From: Candidatus Dormiibacterota bacterium
GTDB taxonomy: Bacteria > Chloroflexota > Dormibacteria > Aeolococcales > Aeolococcaceae
Length of the DNA stretch: 64,000 bases
Assembly (NCBI GenBank): GCA_003153505.1
Contig: PLZA01000074.1
Span: 35,908 to 99,907, forward strand
Reading direction: 5' to 3'
The position numbers were made by a program, and so were the translations under genes. The notes under the pieces are model-generated. The model saw only the letters and a list, made by a program, of their open reading frames with translations, had not been told where the DNA came from and searched no databases. Of the stretch, positions 53,562-62,896 are shown one piece after another (within the stretch, counting starts at the first letter, position 1; every line of letters starts with the position of its first letter).

Positions 53562-55751
53562 TCAGGAGCGTGCGGACCCGGCAGTGTGTACGCGTGCGGC
53601 GTCGACCGGGTGATCGAGCACGATCATCGAACGTGGTTGCAATCGAACCTCGTCGCCGGCGTGATGCACGCTGGTTCCGCGCCGCCCCTCGGGGTCGTCG
53701 GTATCCATGACCAACGTCCATCCACCCCGCCATCCGGACGGCATCGTCCAGGTGATCGGAACGTCACCGCTATGGAGCAGGATCATCAGCGAATCGCCGA
53801 CGATGCGATGACCGCGCGGATCCCTGTCGGGGATCTCCTCACCGTTGAGGATCATCCCAATGGAACGCTCGCCGTCATTGTCCCAGTCCGCGTCGGTGAA
53901 TTCGTTGCCGTTGGGCAGCAGCCAGACGATGTCCTTCCTTCCTGAACGCCTCGTAGCCTCGCCCGAGAAGAAGCGCTTGCGCCGCAGCACCGGCTGCTCG
54001 CGACGAAAGGCGACAACGCGCTGCACGAAACCGAGCATCACTGCATCGACACCGGTCCAGTCGAGCCAGGACAGCTCGTTGTCCTGGCAATACGCATTGT
54101 TGTTGCCTCGCTGGGTGCGCCCGATCTCGTCGCCGCCGCAGATCATCGGGCAGCCCTGCGAGAGCAGCACGGTCGCGATCAGATTGCGGCGCTGGCGGTC
54201 GCGCAGGGCAGTGATCTCGGGATCATCGGTCTCACCTTCGACGCCGCAATTCCACGAGCGATTGTCGTTGGCACCGTCGTCGTTGCCCTCGCCGTTGGCT
54301 TCGTTGTGCTTCTCGTGGTACGTGACCAGGTCGCGAAGCGTGAAGCCATCGTGCGCAGTGACGAAGTTGATGCTCGCCCAGGGCTGCCGGCCGTCCCACT
54401 CGTAGAGGCTGCTCGAGCCGGTGAGGCAGTTGGCGATGTCGCGGACACCACCGGCCTCACCTCGCCAGAAGTCACGGACCGTGTCGCGATAGGCGCCGTT
54501 CCACTCCGCCCAGCGCACCGGGAAGTTGCCGACGTGATACCCGCCCTCGCCGACGTCCCACGGTTCGGCAACGAGCTTCACGCGGGAGAGCACAGGGTCC
54601 TGGTGAATGATGTCGAAGAACGCGGAGAGCCGGTCGACGTCGTAGAACTGACGTGCCAGGGCGGCGGCGAGGTCGAACCTGAACCCGTCGACGTGCATCT
54701 CCGTGACCCAGTAGCGGAGGCTGTCGGTGATCAGCTGAAGCGTGATCGGGCTGCTGACATTGAGGCTGTTGCCGGTGCCGGTCACATCGAAGTAGAAACG
54801 CGGCTCATCCTCGACCAGACGGTAGTAGGACGGGTTGTCGATGCCCCGAAAGCTCAGTGTCGGCCCCAGATGATTGCCCTCGCCGGTGTGGTTGTACACG
54901 ACATCGAGGATCACCTCCAGTCCGGCGGCGTGGAGGGCGCGGACCATCGCCTTGAACTCGCGGACCTGGTCGCCGTTGCCCCCGCCTGCGGAGTAACGGC
55001 TCTCTGGCGAGAAGTAGCCGACAGAGTCGTATCCCCAGTAGTTCACGAGCCCGCGGTCGACGAGGTGACCCGCGTCGAGGAAGTGGTGCACCGGCATCAG
55101 CTCGACCGCGGTGACGCCGAGTCGCTGGAGGTACTCGAGAGAGCTCGGATGTGCAAGTCCAGCGTAGGTGCCCCGGAGGTCGTCGGGGATGTCGGGATTG
55201 CGCATCGTGAAACCCTTCACGTGCAGCTCGTAGATGACCGTGTCAGCCCAGGCGGTGTCCGGACGGCGATCGTCGCCCCACGGAAAGCTTCGGTCGACGA
55301 CAACGCCCTTCGGCATCGCAGCCGCGGAGTCGAGGTCGCTGGGGTCGAGGTCGTCGCCGTCGAAGGAGTAGCCGAACAGCGCGGGTCCCTGCTCGAAGCG
55401 GCCCGAGATCGCGAGCGCATAGGGATCGAGGAGCAGCTTGCGAGGGTTGTGACGAAGGCCGTGGAGCGGATCGTACGGCCCGTGGACTCGCAGGCCGTAG
55501 CGCTGCCCCGGCCGCACCTGGTCGACGTACCCATGCCACACCAGGTCGGTTCGCTCCTGGAGTTCGTGGACGGCGGTCTCCGCACCGTCATCGGAGAAGA
55601 GCACGACCTCGACCGCCTCAGCAGATGCCGAATAGACCGCGAAGTTCGTGCCTTCGCCGTCCCAGGTTGCGCCGAGCGGCGCCTCACTGCCCGGCCACGC
55701 CTGATGGCGTGGTGCCGGATGAGTGCCCAAGCGCCTTCTAGGAGGGGTCAT
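53562..55751 (-). CDS. glgX: Glycogen debranching enzyme GlgX/TreX
   Basis: [24 protein letters not shown]-terminus and GH13 blocks ([26 protein letters not shown]). Confidence 0.95.
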   Translation of the reverse strand: MTPPRRRLGTHPAPRHQAWPGSEAPLGATWDGEGTNFAVYSASAEAVEVVLFSDDGAETAVHELQERTDLVWHGYVDQVRPGQRYGLRVHGPYDPLHGLRHNPRKLLLDPYALAISGRFEQGPALFGYSFDGDDLDPSDLDSAAAMPKGVVVDRSFPWGDDRRPDTAWADTVIYELHVKGFTMRNPDIPDDLRGTYAGLAHPSSLEYLQRLGVTAVELMPVHHFLDAGHLVDRGLVNYWGYDSVGYFSPESRYSAGGGNGDQVREFKAMVRALHAAGLEVILDVVYNHTGEGNHLGPTLSFRGIDNPSYYRLVEDEPRFYFDVTGTGNSLNVSSPITLQLITDSLRYWVTEMHVDGFRFDLAAALARQFYDVDRLSAFFDIIHQDPVLSRVKLVAEPWDVGEGGYHVGNFPVRWAEWNGAYRDTVRDFWRGEAGGVRDIANCLTGSSSLYEWDGRQPWASINFVTAHDGFTLRDLVTYHEKHNEANGEGNDDGANDNRSWNCGVEGETDDPEITALRDRQRRNLIATVLLSQGCPMICGGDEIGRTQRGNNNAYCQDNELSWLDWTGVDAVMLGFVQRVVAFRREQPVLRRKRFFSGEATRRSGRKDIVWLLPNGNEFTDADWDNDGERSIGMILNGEEIPDRDPRGHRIVGDSLMILLHSGDVPITWTMPSGWRGGWTLVMDTDDPEGRRGTSVHHAGDEVRLQPRSMIVLDHPVDAARVHTAGSARS

Positions 55752-55869
55752 CGCGGTTCAATGATGGCGTACCCGGGTGGCACCGTTCGGAAAAATTGAT
55801 AGAATCGCCTTCATACATGTTGATATCGCTGCTGATACTACAGAAGTTCCTCGTCCGCGGGCGGCGACG

Positions 55870-58278
55870 GTGAGGAGCGATCTTCGCGCCACCTATCGGG
55901 TGCAGTTGCGCGAGGAGTTCGACTTCGACGCCGCGGCGGCAATCGTGCCGTATCTCCAGGAGTTGGGGGTTTCGCACCTCTACTGCTCGCCGTACATGCA
56001 GGCTGCGGCGCACAGTCCGCACGGCTACGACGTCGTCGACCCCGGGCGGGTCAGCCGGGAGCTCGGAGGCGACGCCGGGCTTCGCCGGCTCGACCGGGCG
56101 CTCCGCAACGCGAAGATGGGGCAGCTCCTCGATGTCGTCCCGAATCACATGTGCATCGCCGACCGCGCGAACACCTGGTGGTGGGACGTCCTCCGAGCCG
56201 GCCGCGAGAGCGAGTACGCAGGATGCTTCGATATCGACTGGGATGCGCCGACAGTGGAGCAGCGGGTGCTCCTTCCCGTGCTCGGATCTCCTCGCGCGGA
56301 ACTGCTTGCGAGTGGCCAATTGGAGGTCGTCAAAGGCACGGAGGGTGAGTTCGAGCTGCTCTGCGCAGGCAGCACGTTTCCGCTGGCAGCCGGCACCGCC
56401 ACAGCCGCAGGGCCGGCAACTCTGGAGATGCTCGAGGCCCAGCACTACATCCTCGAGGACTCGACGACGGCGGCCGCCCATCTCAACTACCGTCGCTTCT
56501 TCGATGTCACGTCGCTTGCCGGGGTGCGGGTCGAGGACGACGTGGTGTACGACCGCGTGATGACCCGTGCGCTCGAGCTGGTGGCCGACGGTACCGTCGA
56601 CGGCCTTCGCGTCGACCACATCGACGGGCTCCGCGATCCAGCCGCCTTCGCCACGCGCGTGCGAAGAGATGCTGCAGGCACATGGCTCATCGCCGAGAAG
56701 ATCCTCGCGAGGGGCGAGCAGCTGCCCGAGGGGTGGCCCGTCGACGGAACGACCGGGTACGAATTCGGCGCACTGATGACGGCGCTGATGGTGGATCCCA
56801 GCGGCCTTCCGGCGATCGTCGAGTGCTACCACCGGTTCACCGACGACGCCGACGACTTCGAGACCAACTCGCATCGAGCCCGAGTGCTGGTGTTCGAAGA
56901 CCTCCTGACCGCCGAGCTCAGCCGGCTCACCCGTGTGGCCGAGCAGGCTGGGATCGCCGGCGCAGACGCGGAGCTCGTTGAACTCGTTGCCGGGATGCCG
57001 CGATATCGGATCTACCCGCGAGCCGACGATCGCCTGAGCGCCGACGACGAGCGCGCGATCGGCATCGCCGAAGACCGCGCGCGCCGTTCCGGCCGCTGCG
57101 ACGACCATCGCCTCGCAGATGTTCTCGCAGTGCTCCGTGGGCGGGGCGGCGGCTCCCCGGCGTGCCGGGAACTGCGCGAGCGCTTCCAGCAGGTCGCCGG
57201 CGCGGTGATGGCAAAGGGTGTCGAGGACACCGCCTTCTACCGGTTCGTGCCGCTCGTCGCCCTCAACGAGGTCGGCTCCGACCCGGCGCGCAGCGCCGAC
57301 CTCGACGAGTTTCACGCCACCTGCATCGCGACCGCGGCGGCACACCCACTGACCATGCTGGCGACGACCACGCACGACACGAAACGTTCCGAGGACGCGC
57401 GCCTGCGCGTCGGGTTGCTCTCGGAGATGCCCGAGCGGTGGCGCGCCGCCGTCTCGCGTCTGGACGCAATCGCGGCGCGTCACCGGGGCCCGATCCTGCC
57501 GGCACGCCGCGCCGAGTATCTCCTCTATCAAACGCTGGTGGCAGCGCATCCGATCGATGGCGACCGCGCCTGGGCATACGTGCTCAAGGCATCGCGTGAG
57601 GCGAAGGAGGAGACCAGCTGGATCGCGCCGGATCACAGCTACGAGTCAGGCCTCGAGGTTTTCGTGCGAGCCATGGTTGCCGACCCGGATGCGGATGCGG
57701 AGATCCGCTCGGTGGTCGGGTCGATGACGCCAGGGTGGCAGACGCTCTCGCTCTCGCAAACCCTGATCAAACTGACCGCTCCGGGGATTCCGGACATCTA
57801 CCAGGGCTCGGAGCTCTGGGACCTGCGGCTGGTGGATCCGGACAATCGCACCCCGGTCGACTTCGCCGCGCGCCGGAGTCTGCTCCGCGACGTCATGGGT
57901 CAGCACGGCGGGGACTTCATGTCCCGCCTCGATGAGGGCGGACCCAAGGTGCGACTGATCGCCGCCGCCCTGGGGTTGCGGGCTCGACACCCGGAGGCTT
58001 TCAGCGGAGGATCTGGATATCGACGCATGGAGGTATCGGGATCTCGGTCGGACCACGCGATCTGCTTCTCTCGCACCGCCCAGGGCGGGCAACCTGTCAG
58101 CGCGACGATCGCCTTCCGCTGGCCGTTGCTCCTCCGCGACGGCTGGGGTGACACGGCCGTGCAAGTCCCTGCCGGGCGCTGGCGGGATGTGCTCACAGGT
58201 CGCGAAATCGGCGCCGGAACACAGCTGCTCGACAGGCTGCTCGACGAGGCGCCGATCGCGTTGCTGGAGCGAGCGTGA
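55870..58278 (+). CDS. treY: Malto-oligosyltrehalose synthase
   Basis: ATYRVQLREEFDFDAAAAIVPYLQELGVSHLYCSPYMQAAAHSPHGYDVVDP. The start is uncertain: GTG 55870 is preferred, and the track ORF begins at 55777. Confidence 0.9.
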   Translation: MRSDLRATYRVQLREEFDFDAAAAIVPYLQELGVSHLYCSPYMQAAAHSPHGYDVVDPGRVSRELGGDAGLRRLDRALRNAKMGQLLDVVPNHMCIADRANTWWWDVLRAGRESEYAGCFDIDWDAPTVEQRVLLPVLGSPRAELLASGQLEVVKGTEGEFELLCAGSTFPLAAGTATAAGPATLEMLEAQHYILEDSTTAAAHLNYRRFFDVTSLAGVRVEDDVVYDRVMTRALELVADGTVDGLRVDHIDGLRDPAAFATRVRRDAAGTWLIAEKILARGEQLPEGWPVDGTTGYEFGALMTALMVDPSGLPAIVECYHRFTDDADDFETNSHRARVLVFEDLLTAELSRLTRVAEQAGIAGADAELVELVAGMPRYRIYPRADDRLSADDERAIGIAEDRARRSGRCDDHRLADVLAVLRGRGGGSPACRELRERFQQVAGAVMAKGVEDTAFYRFVPLVALNEVGSDPARSADLDEFHATCIATAAAHPLTMLATTTHDTKRSEDARLRVGLLSEMPERWRAAVSRLDAIAARHRGPILPARRAEYLLYQTLVAAHPIDGDRAWAYVLKASREAKEETSWIAPDHSYESGLEVFVRAMVADPDADAEIRSVVGSMTPGWQTLSLSQTLIKLTAPGIPDIYQGSELWDLRLVDPDNRTPVDFAARRSLLRDVMGQHGGDFMSRLDEGGPKVRLIAAALGLRARHPEAFSGGSGYRRMEVSGSRSDHAICFSRTAQGGQPVSATIAFRWPLLLRDGWGDTAVQVPAGRWRDVLTGREIGAGTQLLDRLLDEAPIALLERA

Positions 58279-60020
58279 CCATGCGCAGGATCAGCGTGTG
58301 GGCGCCGGCGGCACAGGCGGTCAACCTCGTTGCGGGTGATCGGGTGGACCCGATGGAGGAATCCGGCGGAGGTTGGTTTGCCTGCAAGGCGGATCTTGCG
58401 GACGGCGACGACTATGCATTCAGCGTCGACGGCAGCGAGGCCTTGCCGGACCCGCGATCCCGCTCGCAGCCGGCGGGAGTTCACGGTCCGTCGCGGCTGA
58501 TCGCCCATCCGCGCACCCGCGAGCACCAGCACTGGCGGGGCTTTCCCATCAGCGAAGCCGTCATGTACGAGCTGCATGTCGGCACTTTCACGGCGCGGGG
58601 CACCTTCGATGCGGCGATCACGAGGCTCGACCATCTCATCGACCTCGGTATCAACGCGATCGAGCTCATGCCGGTTGGAGAGTTCCCGGGCCGGCGCGGA
58701 TGGGGCTATGACGGCGTCGATCTCTTCGCGCCGCACAGTGCCTACGGTGGTCCCGGTGGCCTGCATCGTCTCGTCGACGCGTGTCACGCACGGGGCATCG
58801 CCGTCGTCCTTGACGTGGTCTACAACCACGTCGGTCCGGAGGGCGACTACCTGGGCGAGTTCGGACCCTATTTCACCACCCGATACGAGACACCGTGGGG
58901 CAGTGCCTTCAACTACGACGGCGAGCAGTCCGACGAGGTGCGACGCTTCGTGCTGGATAACGTCGAGATGTGGCTGCGCGAGTACTCGTTCGACGGGCTC
59001 CGGCTCGACGCGGTGCACGCGATCATCGATACCTCACCGCTGCATGTGCTCGAGGCGATCGCGACACGAGTCGATGAGCTCGCCGCCGAGCTCGGCCGTG
59101 ATCTGTGGGTAATCGCCGAGAGTGACAGCAACGACCCGCGCCTGGTGCGCGACCGCGAACGCGGCGGCTACGGGCTTGGTGCGCAGTGGAGCGACGACTT
59201 CCACCATGCCCTGCACGCGCTGCTCACAGGAGAGCAGCATGGCTACTACGAGGACTTCGGCAGCCCGGACGAGGTTCGCACCGCGCTCCTGCAGACGTTC
59301 GTCTATGCAGGCCAGTACTCACGACATCGCAAGCGCACCGTCGGCCGCTACGCCGGGGATCTCCCGCGCTCTCGCTTCATCACCTACTCTCAGAACCATG
59401 ACCAGGTCGGCAATCGCGCTGCGGGCGAGCGCCTCTGCCATCTCGTGAGCGATGGCCGTGCGCGCATGGCAGCGGCCCTGACGCTGCTCTCGCCGATGGT
59501 ACCGATGCTCTTCCAGGGAGAGGAGTGGGCGGCGAGCACCCCGTTCCAGTACTTCACCGATCTCGGCGATGCGCATCTGAGCAAGGCTGTCACCAACGGC
59601 CGCCGGCGCGAATTCCGCGCGTTCGGATGGCCGCCCGATGCCGTGCCCGATCCGCAGGCTCCCGCGACCTTCGAGCGGTCGATTCTCAGGTGGGACGAGA
59701 TGCGCGACGGGGTCCATGGACGCATGCTCGATTGGTACCGTCAGCTGATCGAGCTCCGGCGAGCTCGGCTCCTCGTCGAGAACTTGAAATGTGCGGCCAC
59801 CAATGCGTGGTACGACAGCGCTCGGAGCCTGCTGATGTACACGCACTCCGATCTGCTCGTGTCCTGCAATCTGGGAGAGGAGGCCGTCCCTCTTCCAGAA
59901 GCGACTGGAGCCGCATTGCTGCTGTCGTCGGATGATGCCGTCGGCCTGGCAGCGACACCGATGCTCAACGCCGACTCGGTTGCGATCTGGAGCGGCGCGG
60001 ATCGCTCGATCCCGGGCTAG
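58275..60020 (+). CDS. treZ: Malto-oligosyltrehalose trehalohydrolase
   Basis: GH13 blocks (DVVYNHVGPEG, GLRLDAVHAI, VIAESD, SQNHDQVGNR). GTGA overlap with treY; an alternative ATG lies at 58281. Confidence 0.95.
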   Translation: MTMRRISVWAPAAQAVNLVAGDRVDPMEESGGGWFACKADLADGDDYAFSVDGSEALPDPRSRSQPAGVHGPSRLIAHPRTREHQHWRGFPISEAVMYELHVGTFTARGTFDAAITRLDHLIDLGINAIELMPVGEFPGRRGWGYDGVDLFAPHSAYGGPGGLHRLVDACHARGIAVVLDVVYNHVGPEGDYLGEFGPYFTTRYETPWGSAFNYDGEQSDEVRRFVLDNVEMWLREYSFDGLRLDAVHAIIDTSPLHVLEAIATRVDELAAELGRDLWVIAESDSNDPRLVRDRERGGYGLGAQWSDDFHHALHALLTGEQHGYYEDFGSPDEVRTALLQTFVYAGQYSRHRKRTVGRYAGDLPRSRFITYSQNHDQVGNRAAGERLCHLVSDGRARMAAALTLLSPMVPMLFQGEEWAASTPFQYFTDLGDAHLSKAVTNGRRREFRAFGWPPDAVPDPQAPATFERSILRWDEMRDGVHGRMLDWYRQLIELRRARLLVENLKCAATNAWYDSARSLLMYTHSDLLVSCNLGEEAVPLPEATGAALLLSSDDAVGLAATPMLNADSVAIWSGADRSIPG

Positions 60021-62404
60021 CAGATCGGCAGCGTCAGCGTGAAGGACGCGCCGCCTCCGGGCGTGGATCGCGCAGTGATGTCGCCGCCGTGGAGGCGCGC
60101 GAGTTCGCGCGAGAGGTAGAGCCCGAGTCCGGTACCGGAGATGTGACTGTTCTCGGGAGTGACCAGCCTGCTGAATCGCGTGAAGAGGCGGTGCATCTGC
60201 TCGGGCGGGATGCCGAGCCCGTGGTCGATGACGGAGACGCGCGCGCCGCCACGCGCAACGGTGACCTGACAGCTGATCTCACCACCGTCAGGCGAGAACT
60301 TGACGGCGTTGTCGAGGAGGTTTCGAAGGATGGTCTCCACACGTCCGGCGTCGACGTCGACCAGCACATCGCTCGCCGGCAACTGCAGATCGAGACGGTG
60401 GCGGGTTGAGAGCTGCGCTTGCATCCCTGAGGTGGCGGCGGCGACGAGGTTGGAGAGGCTCTGCGGCTGCCGCTCGAGACGGGTGATGCCCTCATCGAGG
60501 CGCGCGGTCTCGAGCATCTCGTTGACAAGCGCGTTCATGTCGTTCAGCTTGCGCTCGATGACCGGCATCGCCCGCTCGAGAGCCTCGGCGTCGAGCGACT
60601 TGTCCGCCATCATCGAGAAGTAGCCACGCACCACGGCGATCGGCCCGCGCAGCTCGTGCGACGCGAGCTTCAGGAAATCGGAGCGCATCTTCTCCATTGA
60701 TCGGGTGCGCTCGATGTGCTCGTGGAGGCGCTCCGCCTCCGCGTCACCGAGGCGGCGGATGCGCTCCTCCGAGGCCTTGATCTGCCAGACGAGCCCGCCC
60801 GCGAACGCAGCGAGCTGCAGCGTCCACGAGTCCTCGTCGCTGAACCCATCCGGTTTGAGAGCCTCGTGGGCGGCGAGAAGACCGAGGCGCACCGACCCGG
60901 CTCGCCACGCGACCGCCATGGTGTCGGCGATCGAGTGCGCTGGCGCCGCGACCGGGACATCGAGTCCCAGGTCCGGCGCGTGCCCGCGGAATCCCTCGTC
61001 ACCGAAGACGACTTGATCCCGGCTGGACAGCCCGTTGGGGGTGCAGGGCACCGGTCGAAGCTGCTCGAATTGCTCACGAGTCAAACCGTGTGCACCTGCC
61101 GCCGGCATGAGGCGCGTTCCGTCGGTGCTGAGCCGCCAGAGGGTGACGCGCCGGGCTCCGACGAGCTCCGCAACCGTGCCGGCGAAGCGCGCGTACAGAT
61201 CGACGTCCGACGACGTCGCATCGAGATGATCGGAAACACTCAGGAGGGCATGGAGCGCCTTCTGCTGCGCCTCTTTCGACTCCGAGAACATGCTTGCGTT
61301 CTGGAGGGCGAGGGCGGCCGAAAGAGCGATCTGTTCGAGATTCTCGAGGTCGAGCTGCGCGAATGCCTGATCCGACCGGCGGCTGACTGCGAGGATGCCG
61401 AGCACCCGTCCGCCGGCGCGAAGCGGCAGTATCACGCGCCGCCGGACATCCGACAGTTGCTCCTGCATGTCGGGGGGCATCCCCGAGACGTCGTGGAATC
61501 CCTCGAACGCCAGGTCACCGCGATCGATCGCGGCACGGAGCTCTGCAGTCAGATCCCAGCGCGCCCCGATCCTCGCGGCCACCCGGTTCCTGTCGTAGCC
61601 GGCGATCGCCTCGATGGAGTCCTGCAGGAACTTCGTGACCGTAATCCGATCCACGTCGACGAGATCGGCAATCCGCTCGATGATCGCCTGCACCACGCGT
61701 GCCGGGTCGAGCGAGGATGAGAGCTCCCTGGTTGCCTCGCTGGTGAGGCGCAGCCGCTCGACGAGATGCTGCGTCGACTCCCGCGCTTCGTCGCCGAGCA
61801 CCATGATGCTGATGAGCCGCGTAAAGCGGTCCATGATCGCTCGTTCGGTGTCTGTAAAACGCGTGCCGACCGGACGCCAGAACCCGACGACCCCCATCCC
61901 AACCCGGCCGTCGGGAAGGGGGATACCGGTGGACATGGGCACCAGCCGGCCGATGCGGATCTGGGCGCCGAAGACCTCCGGCGCGGCGCTCTCGGCAGGG
62001 GCGTTGCCGGTCTCGACCGGGACGCGACCAAGCATGGCCCGCCCATGGAGCATGCCCTCGTGCAACGGCCATTCCTCGCCGACGAGGGTCTCAGCCCACG
62101 GCCCCGATGCCGCGACCACCTGGAACACGTCCGGTCGAGACGCCGGCACGACTGAGATGACGCATTCCGCGTCGGGGACGACATGCGTGCCTTCGACCGC
62201 CATGGTCTGGAGCAGGCTTCGAAGCGGTACCGTCTCGCGTGGGTCGGTTGGGACGTCGTCGAGCAGCTTCGCGATCAAACGTCCGAGAGCCTCGTTGACG
62301 CTGACGAGCGCCGCCTCGGTCGACGGCACTGACGGAGGTGTGGCAACCGCTGCGAGCGGCTGTCTCCGGCTGACTTCCGGCATGGCTACAGGATGACGAG
62401 GCAC
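60017..62404 (-). CDS. Cytoplasmic sensor histidine kinase with multiple GAF-like domains
   Basis: H-box LASHELRGPIAVVRGY. HATPase N/G boxes (LLDNAVKFSP, DHGLGIP, GTGLGLYLSRELA). About 520 aa of GAF-like N-terminal repeats. No TM segments noted. Confidence 0.85.
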   Translation of the reverse strand: MPRHPVAMPEVSRRQPLAAVATPPSVPSTEAALVSVNEALGRLIAKLLDDVPTDPRETVPLRSLLQTMAVEGTHVVPDAECVISVVPASRPDVFQVVAASGPWAETLVGEEWPLHEGMLHGRAMLGRVPVETGNAPAESAAPEVFGAQIRIGRLVPMSTGIPLPDGRVGMGVVGFWRPVGTRFTDTERAIMDRFTRLISIMVLGDEARESTQHLVERLRLTSEATRELSSSLDPARVVQAIIERIADLVDVDRITVTKFLQDSIEAIAGYDRNRVAARIGARWDLTAELRAAIDRGDLAFEGFHDVSGMPPDMQEQLSDVRRRVILPLRAGGRVLGILAVSRRSDQAFAQLDLENLEQIALSAALALQNASMFSESKEAQQKALHALLSVSDHLDATSSDVDLYARFAGTVAELVGARRVTLWRLSTDGTRLMPAAGAHGLTREQFEQLRPVPCTPNGLSSRDQVVFGDEGFRGHAPDLGLDVPVAAPAHSIADTMAVAWRAGSVRLGLLAAHEALKPDGFSDEDSWTLQLAAFAGGLVWQIKASEERIRRLGDAEAERLHEHIERTRSMEKMRSDFLKLASHELRGPIAVVRGYFSMMADKSLDAEALERAMPVIERKLNDMNALVNEMLETARLDEGITRLERQPQSLSNLVAAATSGMQAQLSTRHRLDLQLPASDVLVDVDAGRVETILRNLLDNAVKFSPDGGEISCQVTVARGGARVSVIDHGLGIPPEQMHRLFTRFSRLVTPENSHISGTGLGLYLSRELARLHGGDITARSTPGGGASFTLTLPIC

Positions 62405-62590
62405 GCGGTTTTGATGATAGCGACTATATCACTCAAGATCGCACCGACACCCCCGGTGTACGAACGCAAGCTTCATCTAAGTTACACCATTGCTATCAGG
62501 TTGTATGATAGTGTGTAGGAGCAAAGCCGATGCGATCCCATCCACTCATCTCACAGGAAGCCGGAAGGGCTTCACCACCCAAGGAGGTGC

Positions 62591-62896
62591 GTGATGAACC
62601 GAGCAGTTCAACTTGAGAAGCCCTTGTACACCCTCGGCGTTGCCGCCGAGATGCTGGGAAGTCATCCGCGCACGCTGATTCTCTACGAGGAATTGGGGGT
62701 CGCAACGCGATCCGCCGGCGCGCACAACCGACGGCGTTTCACGCTTCGCGACGTGCTGGCCCTCCGCGCGATGGCACGGCTGCGCCGCCAATACGAGATG
62801 AATCTTGCCGGGGCGCGCCAGATGATTCGATGCCTGCAACTCCTCGACGCCCACCACATTCAACGTCCCATGGAGTTGCGTGGCTTCGACCTTTGA
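62591..62896 (+). CDS. MerR-family regulator, HspR-like
   Basis: AAGGAGG at 62581-62587. YTLGVAAEMLGSHPRTLILYEELGV...RRRFTLRDVLALRAMARL. The start is GTG 62591 or ATG 62594. Confidence 0.8.
   Translation: MMNRAVQLEKPLYTLGVAAEMLGSHPRTLILYEELGVATRSAGAHNRRRFTLRDVLALRAMARLRRQYEMNLAGARQMIRCLQLLDAHHIQRPMELRGFDL

Noticed and set aside
55752-55869. AT-rich glgX/treY divergent region with TTGATA repeated at 55797 and 55821
   Set aside because: I could not place a convincing -10 at proper spacing for either copy. It is probably ordinary divergent promoter DNA.
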